Notes: generated by a model from the sequence alone, not told the origin. 63,159 nucleotides of DNA, filler included, from Octopus bimaculoides (GCF_001194135.2; 4 parts of 3 records of this genome joined end to end with filler, not necessarily neighbours in it), one strand, 5' to 3'. Shown: positions 50,731 to 62,312, counted from the whole stretch's first letter. Made by a program: numbers and translations.

Positions 50731-51486
50731 TACCATACTTATACTATTGCTATAGAATGGTTTCTATCTCTAACGTGTGTCACAATTTTATGATAGTTTC
50801 CTATAAACACTGTGAAATTGCGATGACCTTGTAGAAGCTACATCATACTACATCATCTTGTTGCTTTTAACCTGACGTAAGTGCAGGAAGATATTAAGAA
50901 TCTACTTAACAATTCTTACTTAATGCTATCTATTTTAGTTCTGAATGGTTTTTTTTTAAATGAAATAACAGAAACGCGCAATAAAATAGTGTTGTATTAT
51001 TCATCGTCTGCATCGAAGTTCCTCTATGTTTTTATATGGTTCGATAATGTTGTCAAAATTGTAAGCAGCTTTGAATTTCAGTCTTTGCGTATATGAATTT
51101 GAGTTTGGGTATTCTAATTTATTTTCTGGTGAGCTGAGAACATGAGCTAACGTATTCTAATTTTTATTTTATGTGATCCAAGTATGCGTGTGTTAAGTTT
51201 TGTTTAGATGACCTAAGAGATTGGGAATTGCGTTGCTATGAAAGAGCACTGTGGATTGATGTGAAATAGGATTGAAATAGAGGCTGACAGGCCTTGTATA
51301 CTTTTAGTATAGTTGCACTTTGCCGTCAGACTTGCTGCACTGTACAGTAGTTTCGTCCATTAAGATGAAGTAAATGATTATTTTTTAGAGAAAAAGAAGT
51401 GGAAAAGACTGAGAGGATGGGAGAGAGGCGGAGAGAAAGCGATGCTTATTCACTTATATACATACGGACGTATATACATACATACA

Positions 51487-51520
<34 letters not shown>

Positions 51521-51571
51521 CATACGTAGTACGTACATACATACATACATACATACATACATACATACATA

Positions 51572-51882
51572 CAGACTGCCTAAATACCAATCTTGAGAAA
51601 TTAGGCTTCTCAAAACCAGAAAGGAAAAAGCTAATTCGAAGACTACAGATCCAATCCATCACTGGAACTGTAAAAATCTGTAAAACTTTCCAGAACGTTA
51701 TCATTTAAATATATATGAGCATGTCTAGATATGCAACTATATACATGAGAATACATACATAAAACACAAATTTGCACATACATACATACATACATACATA
51801 CATACAAACTAGAGCCTTGGATCTAGTTAGAAACCGGTTCTTTCTCTATTGGCAAGAAATCTTGAAATAAAATGAATAGTGA
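51572..51882 (+). mobile_element. Dong-A 3'-end fragment
   Basis: Encodes DCLNTNLEKLGFSKPERKKLIRRLQIQSITGTVKICKTFQ plus the 3' UTR. (TACA)n on both sides. Further broken UTR pieces at 51908-52080. Confidence 0.85.
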
Positions 51883-52082
51883 CATACATACATACATACA
51901 TACATACCCTGTTGATGATGTTGAAATTCCAATGACTTTAGGTTAGAGATTGGGAATTGCGTTGCTATGAAAGAACACTGTGGATTGAAATAGAGGCTGA
52001 CAGCTCTAAGTTGAAATTCCAATGGATCTAATTTAGAAAACGTCTCTTTCTCTATTGGTAAGAAATCTTGGAATAAATATAT

Positions 52083-52124
52083 GTCTAATGAATACTAAAT
52101 AGGCCGAAACTTCGAAGTCACTTT
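52083..52124 (+). ncRNA. Degenerate hammerhead-like motif (third family, GUC triplet)
   Basis: GT-CTAATGA-atactaaataggcc-GAAAC-TTCGAA-GTC-AC: palindromic stem III ACTTCGAAGT; core G5 and stem II mutated. Confidence 0.4.
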
Positions 52125-52461
52125 CAACACAAGTCTTTTCAAACAATATGAGTCTACAGTCCTTCAGTTTCATGTAAAATTGTTTTTATTATGAGTTGAC
52201 ATAAAACAAACTACGCACACACGCACGTGCACATATAATAATTTATTCTCATCTCGGGTGCTGTGGCCATGCTGGGATACCGGCATTATTCTTTTATTCT
52301 TTTATTTGTTTCACTTATTTGACTGCAGCGATGCTGGAGTTCAGTACCACCTTTAGTCGAAGGACTTATTCTTTGTAAACCTAGTACCTATTCTATCGAT
52401 CTAATTTGCCGAACCGTTAATTTAAACACGCCAGCATCGGTTGTCAAGCGATGATGGGGGA

Positions 52462-52523
<62 letters not shown>

Positions 52524-52623
52524 NNNNNNNNNNNNNNNNNNNNNNNNNNNNNNNNNNNNNNNNNNNNTTAATTAATTAANNNNNNNNNNNNNNNNNNNNN
52601 NNNNNNNNNNNNNNNNNNNNNNN

Positions 52624-53418
52624 CCTACTTATTAGGACTTTGGCTTTAGCTAGGTTGACTCTAAGGCCCTTCGATTCTAGTCCTTGCTTCCACACCTGAA
52701 ACTTCTCCTCTAGTTCTGATAGTAACTCAGCAATTAGTGCAAGGTCATCAGCATAGAGGAGCTCCCAGGGGCATCCTGTCTTGAATTCCTCTGTTATCGC
52801 CTGGAGGACTATGATAAATAGGAGGGGGCTGAGGACTGAACCTTGGTGGACCCCTACCTCTACCCAGAATTCTTCACTGTACTCGTTGCCAACCCTCACC
52901 TTACTGATAGCGTCTCTGTACATGGCTCGCACAGCTCTCACTAACCATTCTTCTATTCCTAGTTTCCTCATTGACCACCAGATAAGGGATCGGGGGATCC
53001 TGTAAAAGGCTTTCTCCATCTCAACGAAAGCCAGGTACAGAGGCTTATCTTTGGCTAGATATTTCTCCTGTAGCTGCCTTATCAGAAATATAGCATCAGT
53101 GGTGCTTTTCCTTGGCATGGACTCAACCTGCATCTCATCTAAACTGACTCTCTCCCTAATTAGTTGGGCTATGACCCTCTCCATGACTTTCATAATCTGA
53201 TCTAACAACTTGATACCTCTGTAATTATTTGTATCTAAAGCGTCACCTTTACCTTTGTAGCGGTTGACTATGGTGCTGCTACACCAGTCATTGGGTATGA
53301 CTCCTTCATGTATCACCTGGTTAACTATATGGGTGGCTAGGCTATAGCCGACACTGCCAGATATTTTGAGCATCTCTGCAGTGATTCCTGAAGGGCCAGG
53401 GTCTTTCCCTGTCTTCAT
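52624..53418 (-). CDS. RTE ORF2, reverse transcriptase domain (partial)
   Basis: Open frame with QGSVLSP and YADD motifs, bounded by N gaps. Confidence 0.9.
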
Positions 53419-54115
53419 NNNNNNNNNNNNNNNNNNNNNNNNNNNNNNNNNNNNNNNNNNNNNNNNNNNNNNNNNNNNNNNNNNNNNNNNNNNNNNNNNN
53501 NNNNNNNNNNNNNNNNNNNNNNNNNNNNNNNNNNNNNNNNNNNNNNNNNNNNNNNNNNNNNNNNNNNNNNNNNNNNNNNNNNNNNNNNNNNNNNNNNNNN
53601 NNNNNNNNNNNNNNNNNNNNNNNNNNNNNNNNNNNNNNNNNNNNNNNNNNNNNNNNNNNNNNNNNNNNNNNNNNNNNNNNNNNNNNNNNNNNNNNNNNNN
53701 NNNNNNNNNNNNNNNNNNNNNNNNNNNNNNNNNNNNNNNNNNNNNNNNNNNNNNNNNNNNNNNNNNNNNNNNNNNNNNNNNNNNNNNNNNNNNNNNNNNN
53801 NNNNNNNNNNNNNNNNNNNNNNNNNNNNNNNNNNNNNNNNNNNNNNNNNNNNNNNNNNNNNNNNNNNNNNNNNNNNNNNNNNNNNNNNNNNNNNNNNNNN
53901 NNNNNNNNNNNNNNNNNNNNNNNNNNNNNNNNNNNNNNNNNNNNNNNNNNNNNNNNNNNNNNNNNNNNNNNNNNNNNNNNNNNNNNNNNNNNNNNNNNNN
54001 NNNNNNNNNNNNNNNNNNNNNNNNNNNNNNNNNNNNNNNNNNNNNNNNNNNNNNNNNNNNNNNNNNNNNNNNNNNNNNNNNNNNNNNNNNNNNNNNNNNN
54101 NNNNNNNNNNNNNNN

Positions 54116-54798
54116 TATGTTGTGGAGTGCATTCTTCACCAGGGAATTTTTTGGCATTTATAAGCAGCCATCTTTCCCTTTTTCTGGTGAGGATGTAGTC
54201 AATTTGGCTAGAGTGTCTGCCAGAACGGTAGGTGACTAGGTGACTGGCAGGTTTCCTGAAGTTAGTATTGCAAACAATAAGGTCATTTGCGTCACAGCAC
54301 TCCAGCAGCCTGGTTCCCTCCTCATTGCGGGAACCAAAACCATAGCCTCCATGTACGCCATAGAAGCCCCCTGAATGTCGTCCAACATGACCATTGAAGT
54401 CAACAGCCACAAAGAGAAGGTCCCTGTTATATGTCGACGAGTTAATCTGCAGGAGGGTGTCATAAAATTGGTCTTTCTGTCCGTCAGGTAGCCTGGGCTG
54501 AGGGGCATAGCCTGAGATAATGGTTGCTAACCCATGGTGAAGGACTAATCTAACCTTAAGTATTCTATCGGATATTCTATCTACCTCGATTACCTTATCC
54601 ACCCATTTCTCTGCAAGAAGTATACCCACGCCCCCGACCCCATCTGAGTTCCCTGCCCAGAAAATCTTGTACCTGTGTTCTTTGCCTGTGAGGAACCTAG
54701 CAGAACCTCCTCTCCGCCTTACTTCTTGGAGGCAGCAGATATCGACACGTCTCCGTTCAAGCATCTCAACAATCTCACCAGACCTACCTTTCAGTGTG
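54116..54798 (-). CDS. RTE ORF2, apurinic-like endonuclease domain (partial)
   Basis: Open frame TLKGRSGEIVEMLERRRVDICCLQE...EECTPQH with the conserved APE motifs. Confidence 0.88.
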
Positions 54799-56019
54799 NN
54801 NNNNNNNNNNNNNNNNNNNNNNNNNNNNNNNNNNNNNNNNNNNNNNNNNNNNNNNNNNNNNNNNNNNNNNNNNNNNNNNNNNNNNNNNNNNNNNNNNNNN
54901 NNNNNNNNNNNNNNNNNNNNNNNNNNNNNNNNNNNNNNNNNNNNNNNNNNNNNNNNNNNNNNNNNNNNNNNNNNNNNNNNNNNNNNNNNNNNNNNNNNNN
55001 NNNNNNNNNNNNNNNNNNNNNNNNNNNNNNNNNNNNNNNNNNNNNNNNGGAGGGCGGGTGCACCGGGATCGAGAGAGACAGAGTGAAGTAGATGATTGAG
55101 GGTTAGGCCATTATAGTTTGAGAGAAATGGTAGTCATAGAACCATAGAGTGATTATATCCAGACACGAGGGGAAGAAAACTAAATATAACGACATTGTAA
55201 TGATACGGACAGAATAGTAGAGTAAAATATGTGATACCAGCGAGGCTGAAACAAAAGGCAAATCAAACTTATCTGCTGGTCATGTCACTGAGTTTCATGG
55301 GTATATTCACTTTTGAGGGATATTATTGCACATTCTTTGGGTTTTTTTCCCCTCAGATGGGTCTCAATTGCTGCTCACTCCAGCCTTCTAATTTTTGATG
55401 AAATACACTTCTAAATAATGGTCTTTTTATTCCTAGTATTTTCTCATATATCCTTTGGAATGTCTAGAAATATTGTTCTGATATTCTTTGTCAAATGTGC
55501 TTTGGCATCACAACACTTTTTCTGACACATATACTTTCTCCATTCGATGACATGTTTGTGCAAAACCATTCCCTTTTTATTTAGAAATAGGAATCGCCAC
55601 TGTTTCTGTTGTATTAATATTTGTGTTGTTGTTGGTGGTGGTGGAGGCGGTGGTGGCAGTGGTGGTGGCGGTGGCGGTGATGGTGGCGGCGGTGGCAGTG
55701 TTCTTGCTAGTGTTGGTGTTACTTTTTGTTGACATTGTTCTCTTTGTTTTTCCTGTGATGGTGAAAGCAGTGCTGACATTTTTAGCAGCAGAAAATTAGC
55801 TGCATACTTTTCTCATTTTGTTGTAGTTGTTGTTACTGCTGCTGTCACTGATTTTTACAATTTTGTTGTTCTGTTCTGCAGATAGCTGGCTGTTCTTTTC
55901 GGTGGACAAACAATCCTCATTCACCGTCTTACATTTTTTAAAACAAAAATTGAGAGTCCTGTTTGCTAAGTAAACCGCAATATAGCTTCTAAGGCCTACA
56001 GATTGTGAAAACTAGCCAG

Positions 56020-56416
56020 CTCTTCTTTTACTCTTTTACTTGTTTCAGTCTTTTGACTGGCCATGCTGGAGCACCGCCTTTAGTCGAGCAAATCGATCCC
56101 AAGACTTATTCTTTGGAAGCCTAGTACTTATTCTATCGGTCTCTTTTGCCGAACCACTAAGTTACGGGGATGTAAACACACCAGCACCGGTTGTCAAGCG
56201 ATGTTGGGGGGACAAACACACAAACGCATACACACATACATATATATATACATATATACGACGGGCTTCTTTCAGTTTCCATCTACCAAATCCACTCACA
56301 AGGCTTTGGTCAGCCCGAGGCTATAGTAGAAGACACTTGCCCAAGGTGCCATGCAGTGGGACTGAACCCAGAACCATGTGGCTGGTAAGCAAGCTACTTA
56401 CCACACAGCCACTCCT
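56020..56416 (-). mobile_element. SINE-A, complete
   Basis: Same head (GGTTCTGGGTTCAGTCCC B box), body, internal microsatellite and tail. Confidence 0.9.
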
Positions 56417-56556
56417 ACGCCTAGGTTAATTTATCTACAAAATGATAACAAATGTTCAATAAATGGCTTTGTATAGTATTAAAAATAAGAACAAACTTAT
56501 GGGAGCAATGTGCAATACATGTCAATAAATGAATAAACAAAATAATAATAATATTA

Positions 56557-56627
<71 letters not shown>
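56557..56627. repeat. (GAT)n microsatellite
   Basis: Directly visible; 5' flank of Dong-B. Confidence 0.97.
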
Positions 56628-59600
56628 AGTAAACTAATACAACAGAAGACTCAAACCAAACTCCATGACAAAACATACTGATACAATACAATATCCCCCC
56701 CCCCCAAATGCAGTTCAAACCACTCCACCAGCACAAAGGTGCAACAAATGATGCAATAGAAAGTTGTTTGAAACTGTCAGATGTCAAAAACTAATAGTGG
56801 TGATGACGGTGGTGTTGGACATTACCTTACTGCAGTTTATGAGAGACAGGTGTTTCTGAAGAAACTGGTTGTAACAGCGAAAATGAAGCTGAACCTTTAA
56901 GAGAAGGCCTCTTGCTTGGCAGTGGTTCAGTGAAGATGCAGACTGATCATGGCTGTTATCCTAATACAGCATCAGCAGATAATGGAGTAAGGAGGAGGAA
57001 GTGGACCAGCGAAGAAAACAGGATAGCGATGCAGTGCTACTTAGAAAGTGAACCTAAAAGAAGGGGCCATAGAAAACAGATGTTAACACTTTGGGTAGAG
57101 AAGGGTCTGTTTAAAGTGACTGAGCAGAGATTAGTTGATCAAGCTAATGCTATTAGAAGAAAGTGGATGACAGAATTAGAGGTAGAAGAGATCACAAGAG
57201 AACTGGAAAAGAAAGACCAGGCAGTGGGAAAGACAAACAGCAACATAAGAGATACATCTCAAACCAAAGGAGAACCTAAGGGAAAAAATAATAATAGTGC
57301 TACTAATAAGGAAGGGACAACTGGCACCAGCAACTTAAGAAGATTTTAGATGAGTTGCAGGAAATAATGAGTAAAGAAGTAAGAAAAAGATTGCCAGTAT
57401 TAAAAGGCATCAACTGAAGGAAGCTACTAGAAATGATTAGGAAAGTGGATTCTGTTATCAGTAGGATAGATACTAAAAATATAGGAAACACTAACTTATT
57501 GATCTATGTAGGAGGGGTAGTAGTCACTAGAAGATTAGATATTACACAGGGAAAAATTAAAAAAGAGCAAATGTGGAAAAGGAGATTACAAAATAAAGTG
57601 AAGATTTTAAGACAAGCTCTGAGTAGAATAGAAGCCTGGAAACTGAACAATTTAGGAAACACAAGATGCAAATCTTCTTTTGAGAAAAGATAGTCAAAGA
57701 GAAAGGACTTGGGACAGAGTTGAAACAATGTATCATAACAGGCAAGCTCTCCAGATATCAGAAAAACAATAGATCAGTATCCACAGAATAGATTATTTGA
57801 GACAGACCAGAGGAGATTTTATAACCAAATAAATAGTGGAGAACGAAGTACTGAAGATAGAAAACTTAATGCAGAAGAAGCTAGAAAGTTCTGGAGTAAT
57901 ATTTGAGATAAGCTAGTCAATCATAATGGTTAAAGAAAGTGAGGGAAGAAATAGTAAGTGAGAAGCAGCCAGATCTAAGACTAACTAGTGCATTAATGAG
58001 TAAAGTGTTAGGGAAAATGTTGAACTGGTAGGGCTCAGGACCAGATTTAGTTTAAGGGTACTGGCTAAAGAAATTTAGTAGTTTACATGGAAGGCTGAGG
58101 GAACAACTCCAGGATTGCCTTAATGGAAGAATAATACCAGATTGGATGACTAGAAGGAGGACATTACTCATTATGAAAGATATTACTCATTATGAAAGAT
58201 AAGAGCAAGGGTAATACTGCTAGCAACTATAGACCAATCACTTGTTTACCATTAGTATGGAAGCTGTTTACAGGCATGCTTTCAGAAAGCATTTATGGGC
58301 ACCTTGACAACCAGAATTTACTGCCAAAAGAACAGGATGGTTGCAGGAAAGCTAGAGGAATACATAGTAATTCTAAATGAAGTAAAAGCGAGAAAGAAAA
58401 ATTTAACAATAGCATGGATAGATTATAGGAAAGCCTTTGACATAATTCCACACTCATGGATAAGTGAATGTTTGAGTATATTCAGTATAGCAGACAACAT
58501 AAGAGAATTAATTAGCTGTAGCATAAAGAGATATAAAGTAGATCTCTACTCAGGCGACACACTCTCAAGGAAAGTTAATATCAAAAGAGGAATTTTCCAA
58601 GGGGACTTGTTGTCCCCTTTAATATTTGTCTTATGTTTGATCCCCCTCAGTTTAGTATTAAGGGCGGCAAAGATAGGGTATCAATTCAGAAATAGTAAGG
58701 GAAAAATTAACCATTTGCTCTACATGGATGATCTGAAGCTTTTTAGTAAGAATGAAAAAAATATAGATTCCTTAATACAGACTGTAAGACTCTTCAGCAA
58801 AGATATAGGCATGGAATTCGGCACAGATAAGTGTGCAATATTAGTCATGAGAAGGAGACAGGTAGTCAACAGTGAAGACATCCAATTACCAGATGGTCAG
58901 ACAATAAAATCATTGAAAGGAGGAGAGAGCTATAAGTATCTAGGAGTATTAGAATCTGACAGAGTACTAACTGTAGAAATGAAAATGAAAATTGAGAAGT
59001 AGTACATCAGAAGGGTAAAGAAGCTAATCAAGTTAAAGCTAAATGGTCCGCATCTAGTGAAAGATGTAAATACTTGGGCAGTATCATTACTTAGATACTT
59101 AGAAGCTTTTGTAGATTGGACAAAAACTGACTTAGCAAAGTTAGACAGAAGAACTAGGAAGGAATTCAATAAGAATAGAGGACTCCACCCAAGGACAGGA
59201 GTAGCAAAATTATACTTACCTAGAAAGGAAGGTGGAAGAAGGTTAATATCAGTGGAAGACTTCATGGAGTTAGCTACATTATATATAGACTCCTATGCAG
59301 GTTATAGTGATGAAAGTTTGTTAAAAGCTAGAGTCACAGCAAGACACAGGGAAACCAAAAATCCAAACGAAGTTAAAAACCAGAAAAAAGAACAGAAATT
59401 ATCTGACTTGCTCCTGCATGGGACCATGCATTTCAAGCTTTGTGTCTTTAGTAATAAGGATTATTATTTATTGTCTTTGCACAGCTTCTAATGCTGGAGA
59501 TGTACTATGGTGCCAGCTATTCACTACCAGTGAACTAAGGTAACATCCCTTATTTTTTGAGCACCATCTGGAGTATTCAAGCGGTTCCAAGCAGTGCTGT

Positions 59601-60411
59601 TTTCTGCAAGTGCTCTATGCATTGCATAGTAGATTCCTAAAGATAGTTGCAGCAAATTGTAGTAGTGAGACATGGCTATGGTTACAGAAAGGAAAGCTGA
59701 AAAGGGAGACAAAGTTTGTTAGTAGCTGCACAAGATCAAGCATTAAGGACTAATTGGATAAAAGCTAAGATGACAAAAACCAAGTAGATTCCTATTGTAG
59801 GTTATGCAAACCAAAAGAGGAAAGCGTTACTCGTATAGTCAGTGAATATAGCATGCTGGCACAGAAAGAATACAAGAAAAGACATGACAACCATGGGGGT
59901 TATGTAGAAAGCTAGGGTTTGAACATACTAATAAATGGTATAAGCATGAACCTAGTAAAGTACTAGAAAGTAAGAAATGCAAGATGTTGTGGGACTTTAA
60001 CATTCAGACTGACAGAGTAATAGAAGTTAGAAGGCCTGATTTAATAGTAGTAGAGAAAGAGTATAGAAAGTGCTAGATAATTGACTTTATAGTCCCAAAC
60101 GATGAAAAAATCAATATGAGAGGTACAGAAAAAATATCAAAATACCAATAACTAGCCATAGAATTACAGAGACTATGGAAAGTGCAGGTAAAATGTATCC
60201 CAGTAGTTATAGGTGCATTGGGAACTATCCCTAAAGATTTGAACAGATGGAGAGAGGAAATAGGCATAAAACCCAGTTTAGTACAGCTCCAGAAAACAAT
60301 GTTATCAGAGACAGCTAGGATACTTAGGAGGGTTCTTGGTATTTAAGGTTACTTGTTGTAGCCCCATGGTAGGATTTTTTCTTTTTCAACACTCTAATCT
60401 GTTGTGTGTAT
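56628..60411 (+). mobile_element. Near-full-length degenerate R4/Dong-like LINE, 'Dong-B'
   Basis: N-terminal RRRKWTSEENRIAMQCY...TEQRLVDQANAIRRKW; RT NYRPITCL, WIDYRKAFD, GIFQGDLLSPLIF, LLYMDDLKLF, YKYLG; RLE RRPDLIVVEK...LIIDFIVP; stop at 60344-60346. Many stops and frameshifts. 5' flank (TAA/TGA)n, 3' tail (TAA)n. Confidence 0.92.
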
Positions 60412-60437
60412 ATAATAATAATAATAATAATAATAAC

Positions 60438-60468
<31 letters not shown>

Positions 60469-60469
<1 letters not shown>

Positions 60470-60640
60470 GAGGAATATTCCAAGGAGACACGCTCTCTCC
60501 ACTCCTGTTCTGCCTGGCACTCACACCTTTAACAGAATTGCTAAATAGAACTGGATGCGGTTACAAATGCTATGGAAAAACAGTCAGCCACCTTCTATAT
60601 ATGGATGACCTAAAATTATATGCTAAAAACGACAAAGAGC
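60469..60640 (+). mobile_element. 5' junction of a truncated R4/Dong-like RT fragment ('Dong-C'), runs into a gap
   Basis: Uninterrupted RGIFQGDTLSPLLFCLALTPLTELLNRTGCGYKCYGKTVSHLLYMDDLKLYAKNDKE. Begins directly after (TAA)n at 60412-60468. Confidence 0.88.
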
Positions 60641-60769
60641 NNNNNNNNNNNNNNNNNNNNNNNNNNNNNNNNNNNNNNNNNNNNTTAATTAATTAANNNN
60701 NNNNNNNNNNNNNNNNNNNNNNNNNNNNNNNNNNNNNNNNATATATATATATATATATAGGTAAGGAGT

Positions 60770-61410
60770 AACAGTGTGTGTGTGTTCTAAATTAATAGAG
60801 TTTGCGTACAATACCTTCACTGTGTGTTTATTAATCAAATCGAAAGGTATCGATTTGATTTTGGAAAACATTTGTCTAACAGCGGCCAAAAATTCCGTAG
60901 CGATCTTCTTCGTTGAAACATGTTAACCGTGGACTGGGCCGTGCCAGAGGATATCATGATTCCTATATTTGTTGTTTGGCTTATTTGTTCTGGTGTGTTG
61001 TATAGACTTGGGACAATTTATTGTGTTATGAGCAGCAGAGACTTATTGTGTCGTGTGTCTATGAATTTTGGTTTGTAGTTAATTGCATCGAGCAATTTTT
61101 TTGACCTGTATTTTCGACCTGTGTCTGTTCGCTTACTGTATCGTTGCGTTGGTATGTAATGTGTATTTATTAGTGCAAGAATTCGCAGAGTTTATGCCTG
61201 TGTCTTGTATGTATTGAACTTTCTCTCGGTAGCCAGCCCGAGCTAAAGCAGCATTGTAACATGATGCATGTGAATCAAATATTTCTTTATCAACAGATAA
61301 CCTAGATATGCATGTTGAAACATTCCTCTCTAATCCCCTCATTATTGAGGATGGATGGTTGGATGCTACCTGAAAAGCATCGGCCGATACTCCTAAACCA
61401 CTTGTACAGT
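60770..61410 (-). mobile_element. Penelope-like element RT-thumb/linker fragment (different family)
   Basis: Reverse strand SNHPSSIMRGLERNVSTCISRLSVDKEIFDSHASCYNAALARAGYREK and RNHDILW...TEFLAAVRQMF...NKHTVKVLY resemble the PLE motifs HPPS..IS.LS...EIF...Y..AL..SGY and RNIIWFNPP..NTVKVSY. Confidence 0.65.
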
Positions 61411-61501
61411 ATCCCACTCGTGAGGGATCGATGCTAGAAGGGCCGAAACAATTGTAGTGATCAATAAACATTTTCCTATCTTCCGCCTATTTCTCATTAC
61501 A

Positions 61502-61547
<46 letters not shown>
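61502..61547. repeat. (TCTA)n microsatellite
   Basis: Directly visible. Confidence 0.97.
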
Positions 61548-61548
<1 letters not shown>

Positions 61549-61689
61549 AAAGAAAAAACATACATATAAATATATCCATATAAATATATACACACATATA
61601 TATAAATATATACATATATACATACATAGACACACACACACATATATATTTCAAAATGTAACCACATGTGAATCATTGGCGATTTTTCC

Positions 61690-61880
61690 CCTCCGCCATC
61701 CTTTTCTCTTGGGCTTCCCTCCGTCTCCTGTTTCTGACGAAGAGCCATGCTCGAAACGTAAAACCACCTTTCTTTCCTTCCCTGAGCGTCTGCTAATACT
61801 TTACATGTACCACGTCCTCGCGTTCTTTTATTCTTTTGCTTGCCTCACTCATATAATCTCGTCTCGTCCTGGGGCACCGC
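61690..61880 (+). mobile_element. PLE pLTR-end-like fragment (related subfamily) with hammerhead
   Basis: gaagagccatgctcgaaacgtaaa...cctgagcgtctgctaatac parallels the pLTR ends at 37371 and 45441. Confidence 0.6.
61730..61764 (+). ncRNA. Minimal type-I hammerhead ribozyme (PLE type)
   Basis: GTTT-CTGACGA-A-GAGC(cat)GCTC-GAAAC-GTA-AAAC: intact core, 4-bp stem I, 4-bp stem II, ACGT palindromic stem III, GUA triplet. Confidence 0.75.
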
Positions 61881-62018
61881 CTATANNNNNNNNNNNNNNN
61901 NNNNNNNNNNNNNNNNNNNNNNNNNNNNNNNNNNNNNNNNNNNNNNNNNNNNNNNNNNNNNNNNNNNNNNNNNNNNNNNNNNNNNNNNNNNNNNNNNNNN
62001 NNNNNNNNNNNNNNNNNN

Positions 62019-62050
<32 letters not shown>

Positions 62051-62099
62051 ACACACACTCACGCACATATTTATTTTATTATATATTATATTAGATAAG

Positions 62100-62312
62100 T
62101 TGGCTAGCTGGCAGAACCGTTAGCACGCCGGGCGAAACGCGTAGCGGTATTTCGTCTATCTTTACCTTCTGAGTTCAAATTCCGACGAGATCGACTTTGC
62201 TTTACATTCGCTCGGGGCCGATTAAATAAGTACCAGTTATGCACTGGGATCGATGTAATCGACTTAATCCCTTTGTCCCCTCTATGTTTAGCCCCTATGT
62301 TGGCAATAAAGA
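62100..62312 (+). mobile_element. SINE-B (tail type 2)
   Basis: Same head and core; tail ttaatccctttgtcccctctatgtttagcccc..ggcaataaaga. Confidence 0.82.

Larger units (their letters stand above)
52624..54798 (-). mobile_element. RTE-clade LINE (APE + RT), both ends and the middle in gaps
   Basis: APE: DICCLQEVR...GVGILLAEKW...IISGYAPQ...DFNGHVG...RNEEGTRLL...IDYILTR. RT: KDPGPSGI...NYRGIKLL...GVHQGSVLSPLLF...LLYADDLALIAE. No stops in the sequenced parts. Confidence 0.95.

Noticed and set aside
50835-50882. 42-nt possible exon (ttgtag|...|gtaagt)
   Set aside because: Poor pyrimidine tract, only one open frame and no recognisable peptide; chance level.
55444-55960. Poly-proline ORF (formin/WASP-like look)
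   Set aside because: It derives from a degenerate (GGT/GGC)n tract with no splice support. At most it is a decayed low-complexity L1/Tx1 ORF1 remnant on the minus strand.
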